Assembly: GCA_041616855.1 (NCBI GenBank)
Contig: JBFJQB010000001.1
Span: 1 to 54,510 of the forward strand
Reading direction: 5' to 3'
DNA: 54,510 bases
Origin: Cognaticolwellia sp.
GTDB taxonomy: Bacteria; Pseudomonadota; Gammaproteobacteria; Enterobacterales; Alteromonadaceae
A program made the position numbers and the translations under genes. Shown here piece after piece: positions 20,824-30,323 of this stretch (the stretch's first letter is position 1; each line of letters begins with the position of its first letter). The notes beneath the pieces are model-generated. The model did no database searches. It was not told the origin of the DNA and was given only the letters and a program-made list of their open reading frames with translations.

Positions 20824-21756
20824 TTACAGTATTGGGCTGCGCAATTTTTTTGCGATGGTGTCGACAATGCTATAGGCATTACTACTATGTAGTACTGAGT
20901 CAGAACTCCAAATGTTGTCTACACCAATTTTGCCGAGCCTTGTTATCACGTCATCGAGGAAAAAAGCATGGGTAATGATGACAGATATGCTTGCAGGATC
21001 TTGTTGACGTATTTGAAGGGCGGTTTCCTCTAAAGTTTTTCCGGTACTCGCAATATCATCAACAATAATAACATCACGGTTTTTTAGGCTAAGTGGTGGG
21101 TTATGCTCAACAACACGTGAATTCTGCTCTAATGCAGTAGTATTAGCTGCCAAATTAACCTCAACCTTGTTATCGCCAAAACGCTGTTTATTTGCGATGA
21201 CATACTGCCAATAGTGAACTTTAGCAATAGATTTAACCCATTGGGCAGACTCTTCATCAGGGCCAATCAGTACGGGATCACTAAAATGTTGTTTTAAAAA
21301 TGCCGCCATGGCATCACTGGCGTGTAATGTAATGGTTTGAGTGTTTGGAATAGCCTCGTTTAAATGTTGGATGCGATGCAAGTGCGGGTCAACAGTGATA
21401 ACACGGTCAAAATATTCGCTAAGTAATTTTCCGACTATTTTCTGGCTTATCGCCTCACCGGGATGAAAGGCAATATCTTGGCGCATATAACATAAATAGG
21501 GCGCGACTAATGTTAAATGCTCAACGCCTTGCATCTTTGCTGCAGCAGCAGTGATAATAAGTTCTATGAGCTTTTCATTTGGTTGATTGAGCGTACGACA
21601 AATAATTACCTCTTTTGGTAAAGACTTTGGCAGGGTCACCTTTGTTTCACCATCAGGAAACCGATGTAACTCTACTCGTTTAAATGGTAGTGACAAACCT
21701 TTAGCGAGTTGTTGTGCGGGTGTTAAGTATTCATCAAAACCAAGCATCAAACTCAT
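20824..21756 (-). CDS. Ribose-phosphate pyrophosphokinase family protein (accessory paralogue)
   Basis: FPDGE, APYLCYMRQD, VDPHLHR, GPDEES, IVDDIASTGKT, THA. Divergent from housekeeping Prs; lies 19 bp downstream of the phosphorylase gene. Confidence 0.9.
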   Translation of the reverse strand: MSLMLGFDEYLTPAQQLAKGLSLPFKRVELHRFPDGETKVTLPKSLPKEVIICRTLNQPNEKLIELIITAAAAKMQGVEHLTLVAPYLCYMRQDIAFHPGEAISQKIVGKLLSEYFDRVITVDPHLHRIQHLNEAIPNTQTITLHASDAMAAFLKQHFSDPVLIGPDEESAQWVKSIAKVHYWQYVIANKQRFGDNKVEVNLAANTTALEQNSRVVEHNPPLSLKNRDVIIVDDIASTGKTLEETALQIRQQDPASISVIITHAFFLDDVITRLGKIGVDNIWSSDSVLHSSNAYSIVDTIAKKLRSPIL

Positions 21757-21775
21757 TTCAGCTCCATTTGTAAAA

Positions 21776-23305
21776 TTAAATAAAGTAGTTAGCGTTGGTC
21801 ATAGGGGGGCTTTTCTCTATAACATAAGCATTGTTTTCATTAGCAAACTGAGTAGAAAATTCAAAATCGCTTTTAAAACAGGCAAATATGCTATATAGCA
21901 CATCGCCTTTATTGACTTTATCACCCACTTTTTTGATTAAATTAATGCCAGCATATTTATCTATTGGTGCACCTGCAAGGCTGGCGATGTTTGCTATCTT
22001 TAAATTGTTTATCGCATGAATATAACCACTTTTGTGCGCTGTTACAGCATACGAAAAAGGGGGTTTATCAAAATTTTCTTGCTGTTCACCTTGGGCTGCA
22101 ATAATGGCTTGCATTTTTTCATAAGCACGGCCTGACTCTAAAATATCTCTTGCAATATTATAGCCTTGACCACCTCTAACGTCGGGATCAAACTCAAGGA
22201 TCCTGCCAGCTAAGCGTAATGACTTTTCTCGTAAATCACTAGGGGCGTCTTTTTGGTTGCGTAACACTTGCAGCACATCTCTTGCTTCTAGGGCAGGGCC
22301 AATACCATTACCAATAGGTTGTGAACCATCGGTAATAACAATATCGATATGTAGGCCGAATAAATCGCCGATGTATTCAAATAACTTTCTCAATACTAAA
22401 GCGTCTTGCGTATGGTGAACTTTAGCTGAAGGCCCTAGCGGTATATCAATAAGCAGATGAGTGGAACCAGCAGCAATTTTTTTCGATAAAATAGAAGCCA
22501 CTAATTGTCCCGTTGAGTCCATTGATAGCGGTCGTTCAACAGAGATTAAAATATCATCGACGGGGGCTAACCTTGCCGTTCCTCCCCAAGTCAACATACC
22601 GCGCTGTTGCTGTACGACTTGTTGCATTTTTTCGATCGAAAGCTCAACTTTTGCTAATATTTCCATCGTATCGGCAGTGCCTGCAGGAGAAGTGATAGCA
22701 CGGCTAGATGTTTTAGGCATCAGCATACCGTGGGCGGCTATGATCGGCATGATCACCATCGTAGTACGATTGCCCGGAATACCCCCAATACAATGTTTAT
22801 CTACGACAATTGCTTCGCCCCAATTCAAAACTTTACCAGTATCAACCATGGCTTTAGTTAAAAAGAACACTTCTTCACGCTCTAAACCATTATGGCTGCA
22901 CGCAACTAAAAAAGCGGCTATTTCCATTTTAGAATAACGATTTTCTAAAATATCTTGGCAAATATGGTGAAAGTCACTTTTTGACAAGGTTTCACCCGCG
23001 ATTTTTCGATGTACAGCTTTCAGCGAAAGTGGTGGCTTAGCATGAGCAATTCTGATATTAATTCCCTGTTTCCTGCCCAATTGTTCATAGGCTTGCTTAC
23101 TTAAACCGAGCTGATTAATATCAACAATCGAGCAATCATCCACTATGTTTAATACCGCAAGCACAGGGCTTTCATTTCCTTTGACATAGACTTCTATTTT
23201 CATTAAAGCCTGAAAACCTTCTGTACGATAAAGCGGGCAATCGCGGTGTAAGTAAGCAACATTTTCTTTAAAGGTATCAATGGCGACAGATTTAAGCTTT
23301 AACAT
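21776..23305 (-). CDS. AMP phosphorylase-like thymidine phosphorylase family protein
   Basis: Extra ~85-aa N-terminal domain; [14 protein letters not shown] and [15 protein letters not shown] match the archaeal AMP phosphorylase pattern rather than DeoA (DKHSTGGVGD); [15 protein letters not shown]. Confidence 0.9.
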   Translation of the reverse strand: MLKLKSVAIDTFKENVAYLHRDCPLYRTEGFQALMKIEVYVKGNESPVLAVLNIVDDCSIVDINQLGLSKQAYEQLGRKQGINIRIAHAKPPLSLKAVHRKIAGETLSKSDFHHICQDILENRYSKMEIAAFLVACSHNGLEREEVFFLTKAMVDTGKVLNWGEAIVVDKHCIGGIPGNRTTMVIMPIIAAHGMLMPKTSSRAITSPAGTADTMEILAKVELSIEKMQQVVQQQRGMLTWGGTARLAPVDDILISVERPLSMDSTGQLVASILSKKIAAGSTHLLIDIPLGPSAKVHHTQDALVLRKLFEYIGDLFGLHIDIVITDGSQPIGNGIGPALEARDVLQVLRNQKDAPSDLREKSLRLAGRILEFDPDVRGGQGYNIARDILESGRAYEKMQAIIAAQGEQQENFDKPPFSYAVTAHKSGYIHAINNLKIANIASLAGAPIDKYAGINLIKKVGDKVNKGDVLYSIFACFKSDFEFSTQFANENNAYVIEKSPPMTNANYFI

Positions 23306-23395
23306 ACCACGAGCAACCCTTGTTATTATGATATTTGTTATTGAAATACATACGGTGACGAAAACGCTGCAACACGTTAAGGTCTCCGTATTTTC

Positions 23396-24166
23396 TTATT
23401 TTTTAACCGCTTTCACTAAACCACTGATCAGTTCCATCGGTATTGGAAAAATAATAGTCGAGTTTTTTTCACCGGCTATTTCGGTTAACGTTTGTAAATA
23501 ACGTAACATGATGGCATCAGGCTCTTTCGCAAGCTGGTTAGCGGCTTCAGTAAGCTGATTAGATGCTTCCATTTCACCTGCTGCATGAATCACCTTCGCT
23601 CTGCGAGTACGCTCTGCTTCTGCTTGTCGGGCAATAGCTCGGATCATACTTTCGTTTAAATCGACATGCTTAATTTCAACATTAGAGACCTTGATACCCC
23701 AACTGTCGGTTCTAGCATCTAAAATAGTTTGTATATCAGCATTTAACATATCTCTATTAGCCAACATTTCATCTAACTCATGTTGTCCTAACACCGAACG
23801 TAAAGTGGTTTGTGCCAGTTGAGAGGTCGCTTGTAAATAGTTTTCAACATTAATAATAGCTTTTTGTGGGTCAATAACCCGAAAATAAATTACAGCATTA
23901 ACTTTTACGGAAACATTATCACGACTAATAACATCTTGGCTTGGTACGTCCATAACTACAGTACGCAAGTCTACTCTAACTATTTGTTGTATAAAGGGAA
24001 TAACGATAATAAAACCAGGCCCTTTAACTTTATAAAAGCGCCCAAGTAAAAAGATCACCCCACGTTCATATTCCCGTAAAATCCGAAAAGCACTAAATAG
24101 AAGTGCTATAACTAAAAATATCATCGAGCCTGTGAACAATTGTGCGTTAGTAAATAATTGCGTCAT
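23396..24166 (-). CDS. SPFH/stomatin (slipin) family membrane protein
   Basis: N-terminal [53 protein letters not shown] 24166 with an AGGGG RBS. Confidence 0.93.
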   Translation of the reverse strand: MTQLFTNAQLFTGSMIFLVIALLFSAFRILREYERGVIFLLGRFYKVKGPGFIIVIPFIQQIVRVDLRTVVMDVPSQDVISRDNVSVKVNAVIYFRVIDPQKAIINVENYLQATSQLAQTTLRSVLGQHELDEMLANRDMLNADIQTILDARTDSWGIKVSNVEIKHVDLNESMIRAIARQAEAERTRRAKVIHAAGEMEASNQLTEAANQLAKEPDAIMLRYLQTLTEIAGEKNSTIIFPIPMELISGLVKAVKK

Positions 24167-24170
24167 CACT

Positions 24171-25580
24171 TTACCCCTTAATATTGCCATTTATGGCTGT
24201 TGTGGGCGCTAAAACAAGTATTAGGCCTTCAATTGATTTTACTTGTACCTGTTGATGTTTTTTTAAGGCTTTTTTGCTACTGGCCGCCCAGCGCTCGCCA
24301 TTAAAGGTGACATAGCCTTGACCAACAAAGTCATCTTCTACCGTGACCCAAGCATTTATAATTTCTTCTTGGCCACTGACAATCTTATTTTTGCGGGCTC
24401 GATAAATAAAACCTAAGGCTATAACAATAAATAACCCAGTTACCACAGCAAAACTGGCGATGATGGGTATCGAAACCTTAAATTGCTCAAGTTTTGTGTC
24501 GAATAAAAAAATCGACCCTATGGTGAAAGCACAAATACCACCAATGCCAAAGACACCAAAACTGGGTACCAGTGACTCCATCACTAACAAGGCGATACCT
24601 AATAGCATTAGCGCCGCACCGGCAAAGTTTAATGGCAGCATTTGCAATGCATATAAAGCTATGAGTAAAGATATTCCACCAATAATACCGGCTATGCCAA
24701 TGCCAGGGCTGTAAAATTCCAGCAGTAAACCGTAGATCCCCAATAACATTAATATATAGGCAATATTAGGATCGGTGATGGTGGCAATAAATTGGCTACG
24801 CCAATCAGGTTTTATGTCGATAATTTGAGCATTGGTCAACACTAATTCTGCAGTTTTTTGCTTTATTGGTATTTGGCTACCATCAAGTTTCTTTATTAAT
24901 AGTTCTGGTGATTCAGCTATTAAGGTAATGACATTTTCTTCTAGCGCCTCCTCTGCTGTGAGGGTTGCTGCTTCAGACACCGCTTTTTCAGCCCAAATTT
25001 CGTTCCGAGAGCGTAATTGCGCGAGTGATCGTATGTAAGCAATGGCATCATTTAAAACTTTTTTCTCCATGGCGGTAGGTGTAGTTTTTTTATCTTTATC
25101 GTCAGTAGGTGGCGTCATCGGCGATGAGATATTAACCGGTGTGGCTGCGCCAAGTGTAGTAGCAGGGGCCATAGCAGCAATATGACAAGCATAAAGGATA
25201 TAAGTACCAGCACTGGCAGCACGGGCACCAGGAGGATGAACGAGACAGGCAACGGGGATATCAGAATTTAAAATACTTTTATTAATATCTCGAAGGCTTG
25301 CGCTTAAGCCTCCAGGCGTATCGATTGTAATGATAATGAGCGGAATATTGCTTTGGTTATTAGCGCGGATAATTTCTCGTACTAAAAAATCATTAATGGC
25401 GGGGCCGATAGCCCCTTTAATGGCTAATAATGGTATCTGCAAACTCGTAGTATTTACATTACTTTTAGCTGAAGAGGAAGTTAATAACGGCGAGTTAAAC
25501 CTTATTTCTGTCGACATTATTGGGTATGCTGTCAACACAGCAAAAAAGAATAATGACAATACCCAAAGCAATTTAGCCAT
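24171..25580 (-). CDS. nfeD: NfeD long form (membrane-bound ClpP-class serine protease; stomatin operon partner)
   Basis: Signal peptide; [29 protein letters not shown]; TM bundle; C-terminal OB fold GERWAA. Confidence 0.92.
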   Translation of the reverse strand: MAKLLWVLSLFFFAVLTAYPIMSTEIRFNSPLLTSSSAKSNVNTTSLQIPLLAIKGAIGPAINDFLVREIIRANNQSNIPLIIITIDTPGGLSASLRDINKSILNSDIPVACLVHPPGARAASAGTYILYACHIAAMAPATTLGAATPVNISSPMTPPTDDKDKKTTPTAMEKKVLNDAIAYIRSLAQLRSRNEIWAEKAVSEAATLTAEEALEENVITLIAESPELLIKKLDGSQIPIKQKTAELVLTNAQIIDIKPDWRSQFIATITDPNIAYILMLLGIYGLLLEFYSPGIGIAGIIGGISLLIALYALQMLPLNFAGAALMLLGIALLVMESLVPSFGVFGIGGICAFTIGSIFLFDTKLEQFKVSIPIIASFAVVTGLFIVIALGFIYRARKNKIVSGQEEIINAWVTVEDDFVGQGYVTFNGERWAASSKKALKKHQQVQVKSIEGLILVLAPTTAINGNIKG

Positions 25581-25654
25581 AACCATTTCCAATAATAACT
25601 TAGTTATTAGTCTAGTTGAGGCTGGCGAATAACTCTAATTTGCCTTGCTTACAC

Positions 25655-25668
25655 TTGATCGAGATCAA
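25655..25668. promoter_or_regulatory. Perfect FNR box upstream of the nfeD operon
   Basis: TTGAT-CGAG-ATCAA, the exact TTGAT-N4-ATCAA consensus, 75 bp upstream of the nfeD start. Confidence 0.8.
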
Positions 25669-25723
25669 TCGAGGTAACGCGATACCAAAAAAACAATAAA
25701 CAGTTTAATGTTTTTAAACAGCT

Positions 25724-25759
25724 AACAAGCTGATATTAATAGTTAAATATCAGCTTGTT
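25724..25759. repeat. Perfect 14-bp inverted repeat between divergent genes
   Basis: AACAAGCTGATATT-AATAGTTA-AATATCAGCTTGTT. Confidence 0.75.
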
Positions 25760-25882
25760 GTTTAATTCATACAGCTGGACGCTATTTTGTATGATAATTT
25801 CGAGTGTTTGATATAATCTTGGCATTAAACCAATTCTTTTCACAACAAAACAATCACCTGTCATTATCTGGAAAAATAAATC

Positions 25883-27646
25883 ATGCGCGTCGTCGTTACT
25901 CAGTTTGCCACATCATTAAATGGTCAAGAAAACCTTGCAACCTGTATGCGCGTGATAAATAAAGCTGCAATGTGTAATCCATCACTAATCGTCTTACCTG
26001 AATATTGTAATACACAGCCTTGGTACGTTGACCATAATCAAGCTTGGCAGCAAGCCTTAGCTGTTGATGGAGTATTTTTACAAACAATAGCAGAGCAAGC
26101 TAAAACGCATAATTGTTATATTGTGCTTAATGTGACACTACGACGAGACCTTGCACGTGAACACACAGACGGCTCAATAAAATCAAACATTAGTGTCACT
26201 ACTTGTTTATTTTCCCCACAGGGCGAGCTAATTCACCAAGCAGATAAACAAGGCTTAGAAGGGCATGAAAATGATTTCTTTATAAACGCGAGTAAGCTTA
26301 CCCAGCCAGTTGAGACACCTTTTGGGCAAATTGGCTTTATAGCGGGGACTGATAGTACGAGTTTTGAAGCAGCAAGAGCACTAGCTACCAATGGCGCGCA
26401 ATTAATATGTAACGCTTTAAATTCATTCGTTTCGGATGAAAGTACATTACATGACCCCGCACGCGCTTGTGAAAATAATATATTCCTAGTGTCGGCAAAT
26501 AAAATTGGTCCACTCGTGCCATCAGAACAATCATCCAAAGACCAATCCGTACCAACTGAATACCTGATTGGTAAAGGGCAAAGCCAAATTGTAGGCCCCG
26601 ATGGTCAGGTACTGGCTAACATCGCAAACCAAGAAGAAGGGCTTGCTTTTGCTGATATTGACTTAGCAGGGACTGGATTTAACAAACTATTACGCCCAGA
26701 TGGCACTGAAGCTGCCAAGCAACTGCGCATCGCCCTTTACCGTGAGAAAAATTTTGTTAAACAACAATCAGCTCAGGTACAACAAATACCTGTAAATCAG
26801 GTGCCGGAAACCGCCAATGCTGCAATATTTGCCACTTACAAATCTAACCAACAAGCTATTGAAGATGTATGTCATTACATAGAAAACAATCTGAGTGATA
26901 TCATTCAACTCCCTGAATTATTCTTCATTGCGGATAAAAATATTACCCATGATGATGAAAAACGCAACCAGATAGAAAAATTGAGTCATGACCTCATTAA
27001 ACAAATCAGTTTAGTTCTCAGGCCATTTCAATATGTCTGTACAAGCTTAGTGATTGATGGCCTGCACCAAGCCGTATTAATAAGCGAAGAGGGTTTGTAT
27101 GCAACACAACAACAATTACATTTTTGTAATAGGTATCAATGGACTACATTAGGTGATGAATTAAATATTTTAGAGTTAGCGTTAGAACAAGGCCGTATTA
27201 AGCTGGCTATGTTAACGGGTGATGATGCTCAAATACCAGAAGTGGTTAAGGTTGCCGCGTTACATGATATTCAAGTGTTGTTGGTACCATTTGATATTCA
27301 AGCGCCACATGAAGTAGAGTTTAGTTTGATAGCTCGCGCTACGGAAAATAGAATTTGCCTTGTTGCGGCGAGTCGAGAAAAAAGCTTTAGCAATTTGCCA
27401 GTTAACAACGTCAGTAGCGTAAATAGTGCAAATACTCGCAAGATAAAACAACATAAATCTACAGGATTAATTGTTAATTTAACGCCTCGCTTAGCTTTAT
27501 TAAACCAATGGGAAACTGCTAAGTTTGATGGTTATAGCAATAAACCGTTGATTAAACACCAGCATGGCAAAATTACTAAAGCGGTTATATTCCCTATTGC
27601 AGCGATTAACAAAACACTCTCAAACAAAGAGGATATAAGCAAGTAA
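25883..27646 (+). CDS. Tandem carbon-nitrogen hydrolase (nitrilase-fold) protein lacking the catalytic Cys
   Basis: Two CN-hydrolase repeats (LIVLPE..ADK..RACEN; QLPELF..RATEN). The nucleophile positions read GFIAGTD and AMLTGDD. Confidence 0.82.
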   Translation: MRVVVTQFATSLNGQENLATCMRVINKAAMCNPSLIVLPEYCNTQPWYVDHNQAWQQALAVDGVFLQTIAEQAKTHNCYIVLNVTLRRDLAREHTDGSIKSNISVTTCLFSPQGELIHQADKQGLEGHENDFFINASKLTQPVETPFGQIGFIAGTDSTSFEAARALATNGAQLICNALNSFVSDESTLHDPARACENNIFLVSANKIGPLVPSEQSSKDQSVPTEYLIGKGQSQIVGPDGQVLANIANQEEGLAFADIDLAGTGFNKLLRPDGTEAAKQLRIALYREKNFVKQQSAQVQQIPVNQVPETANAAIFATYKSNQQAIEDVCHYIENNLSDIIQLPELFFIADKNITHDDEKRNQIEKLSHDLIKQISLVLRPFQYVCTSLVIDGLHQAVLISEEGLYATQQQLHFCNRYQWTTLGDELNILELALEQGRIKLAMLTGDDAQIPEVVKVAALHDIQVLLVPFDIQAPHEVEFSLIARATENRICLVAASREKSFSNLPVNNVSSVNSANTRKIKQHKSTGLIVNLTPRLALLNQWETAKFDGYSNKPLIKHQHGKITKAVIFPIAAINKTLSNKEDISK

Positions 27647-27949
27647 ATTCAACCCAATATTGCTATGGTGTAGCCTGAAGTAGTCGACTTTCTTTACCAA
27701 AAAGTTAAGATAGGTTACTTACATTACGTTGAAATAATGATGAAATAACAACCTATTATCGAATAAAAATATTTAGCTAGTCGATGCTTTTTAGCAACTT
27801 CTGCATAAATATCTATGGTACTGGTTAAGTGCAATAATATTTGGGCTATCCTTTAATAAGTGTTTACCATATTTCAGTAGGGCACAGAGAGGCAATCTTT
27901 TATGATTCGCTAAACGTTTTCCTTGGTGAACAATGAATAAGGAGACGGC

Positions 27950-28423
27950 ATGAAATATAGTAAACCACTGCTGATTTATCTAATTAGTTTATGTTTCCCC
28001 TTTTTTTTATTAGCTGAAAATACTCCAGCCACAATTGTTCAGTTAGAAAAACCTACACTATTAACCTTAGAAGGAAGATCATTCAAAGGGCACATCAGGG
28101 CAAAAGGAATTGTTGGCTTGTTCAAAGTTAAAGGTACGTTATCATTTAAAGACGGTTTACTTATATGGACTGTAGATAATTCTCAGGATAGTGCTCCTTA
28201 TCAAGTAGTGCAAAATGGTGATTTTTTAACATTTTCATCGCTTGTATGCAGCGATAATAACACCTATGTGGACTGGAGTGGCACATTTGATGGCAAATCA
28301 ATCTCGAATGTTATCGCGGTATGGAACAGAGCCAAAGAAGAAGACTTTGTTCATGATATTTTTTTACCTGATGTAGTTACCTTTATATTTAAGACAAATA
28401 AAGATAAGGGCCAAATAAAGTAA
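27950..28423 (+). CDS. Hypothetical secreted beta-rich protein
   Basis: AAGGAG RBS, signal peptide, 157 aa; no family recognised. Confidence 0.7.
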   Translation: MKYSKPLLIYLISLCFPFFLLAENTPATIVQLEKPTLLTLEGRSFKGHIRAKGIVGLFKVKGTLSFKDGLLIWTVDNSQDSAPYQVVQNGDFLTFSSLVCSDNNTYVDWSGTFDGKSISNVIAVWNRAKEEDFVHDIFLPDVVTFIFKTNKDKGQIK

Positions 28424-28550
28424 GCTAAACAAGCGTAGGTGAAATTAACCACGAAGTAGCAAAATCGCTGACAGTAGCTATATAATCTTGCTTTGCTTTA
28501 TCTATCTGTCAACGTAGTTCAATTAAATTTTTTAATAATACGGAGTGATC

Positions 28551-28742
28551 ATGAACAATAAAATTATCGGAATCGTACTTATCATCGCAGGTGCTGCTTT
28601 AGCCACGTGGGGTTACAATATTTATGATTCAGCAAGCTCTCAGGTGACGCTGGCAATAAGCGGCGATGTACCAATTGAAGCATGGGCAGGTATGGTTGGT
28701 GGTGCAATTAGTGTTTTAGTTGGCATCACAAGGTTAAAGTAA
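28551..28742 (+). CDS. Small 2-TM membrane protein, DUF3185-like
   Basis: GGAG RBS; KIIGIVLII.G..L..WGY.....SSQV..AISG pattern. Confidence 0.65.
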   Translation: MNNKIIGIVLIIAGAALATWGYNIYDSASSQVTLAISGDVPIEAWAGMVGGAISVLVGITRLK

Positions 28743-28921
28743 AGTCTTTCGTTGTTATGGGGATAATTTGATCACTTCAGTGTAAGTTACGTGCTAATAA
28801 AAGATTAAATAACTGCAACCTTAAAGTCATATTAACTAAAGTTGACAGTTGGGTAATTGCCTTACGTAAACGCTCATAAGTATGAAATTATTTTTGCTGC
28901 CTTTAAAACAACAGGGAGTTA

Positions 28922-30001
28922 GTGCCAATGTATGATAAATATTTCACCTCAGCAGATGACGCGGAAAATGCCAAGAGGTTACTATCAAAACAATTGCCAA
29001 GCTATAGGCAAGCTTACAGCGATCGTACTGCTTGGATAATGTCTGTGATGTCAGAGTTAGCTTATATAAAATTTAATCCGCTATTCTCCAAAACTGGTTC
29101 CCCTGACTTTATACGTGAGCATTTTCTTAAAAAAGTTAACGCTCTTGTCGGTGAAAATAAATCGATAATCATTGCGACATTAATTAACAAAATAGATTAT
29201 GACCATCAAGCGGAAATTGCCAAGTTAAAAGGCAGTCTCCAGGAATTTAATTTCAAACTTATCAAAACCTTTGATAAGGAAGGCACACAAGCGATCCTCG
29301 TTGATGCAAATGATTATTTGGTTTTGAGCTTTAGAGGAACGGAGCCAGATAGTTTAAGCGATATTAAATCAGATACGCGGGCCAATATTGTTAAGTGTTC
29401 GGAATCTGAGGGTAATATTCATTCTGGATTTAGAGATTCGTTTAATTATATTCGTCGTGATGTTGAAGAAGAAATTAATAAAACTGAATATGCGAATAAA
29501 CCGTTATTTCTTACTGGCCATAGTTTAGGTGGAGCTTTAGCAACAGTGGCGACAAAACTTTTAACTCACAAAGGCGGTATCGCTGCATGCTATACCTTCG
29601 GCTCACCTCGTGTAGGAAATGATGACTGGGTGAATAACATCAAAACACCTATTCATCGCGTAGTAAATGCTGCCGACTCTGTTACCATGCTACCTCCGGG
29701 CGATGTGACTATAACGGCTCTAAGTTTCTGTTTTAGGTTTATTCCTGGTATTGGTGAGCCAATTTCTAAATGGCTATCTGAAAAGTTTGGCAGATATATG
29801 CATGCCGGTAATATGCGTTATTTAACTAATTGTAAACCAGGAGACTTCAGTGACGTTAGGGTATTATACTCTGTAAGCTTTACTTATCGGATAAAGGCAT
29901 TGATTGTAAAATCGCTTTCCTTCGGGAAACTACTGTCTGATCACTCGATACATACCTATAGTAAAAAGCTCATGACCATTGCGATTAAACGTAATAAATA
30001 G
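28922..30001 (+). CDS. Lipase class 3 family protein (no signal peptide)
   Basis: SFRGTE, HSGF, TGHSLGGALA, YTFGSPRVG, RVVNAADSV, SDHSI. The start may be ATG 28928. Confidence 0.88.
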   Translation: MPMYDKYFTSADDAENAKRLLSKQLPSYRQAYSDRTAWIMSVMSELAYIKFNPLFSKTGSPDFIREHFLKKVNALVGENKSIIIATLINKIDYDHQAEIAKLKGSLQEFNFKLIKTFDKEGTQAILVDANDYLVLSFRGTEPDSLSDIKSDTRANIVKCSESEGNIHSGFRDSFNYIRRDVEEEINKTEYANKPLFLTGHSLGGALATVATKLLTHKGGIAACYTFGSPRVGNDDWVNNIKTPIHRVVNAADSVTMLPPGDVTITALSFCFRFIPGIGEPISKWLSEKFGRYMHAGNMRYLTNCKPGDFSDVRVLYSVSFTYRIKALIVKSLSFGKLLSDHSIHTYSKKLMTIAIKRNK

Positions 30002-30036
30002 CAGTTAAATTTTCAATGATTGTTAATTTAACTGCT
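30000..30036. terminator. AT-rich hairpin after the lipase gene
   Basis: AGCAGTTAAATT-N13-AATTTAACTGCT. Confidence 0.45.
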
Positions 30037-30230
30037 AATACGAACACTAAGTGAACATCTGGTGATCGGGAATAGTAAACCATCCAGGTGATCGCAGTTA
30101 ACAGCTATCTAAAGCTAGGTTATATATTGCTAATTATTTAGTACTAGATAACGAGCTGACAGGACCAAAACAGAATTTTACATTCTGGCAGTAATTACGG
30201 GCAGAACAGCCATAGATTTCACATACGCCA

Positions 30231-30262
30231 CTATGTCCGATACTGTTTAGTATTGGACATAG
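30231..30262. other. Candidate tyrosine-recombinase core/crossover or binding site (12-8-12 palindrome)
   Basis: CTATGTCCGATA-CTGTTTAG-TATTGGACATAG (one mismatch), 61 bp upstream of the recombinase ATG. Confidence 0.65.
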
Positions 30263-30323
30263 CTTGTTTGGTGCTTTATAGTGTGTTTTCTTAGTATTTG
30301 TATTGATAATTTCGAGCTAGCTA

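Noticed and set aside
21776-23305. Calling the gene classical deoA
   Set aside because: Motifs and the extra N-domain fit the AMP-phosphorylase-like group, and there is no deoCBD context.
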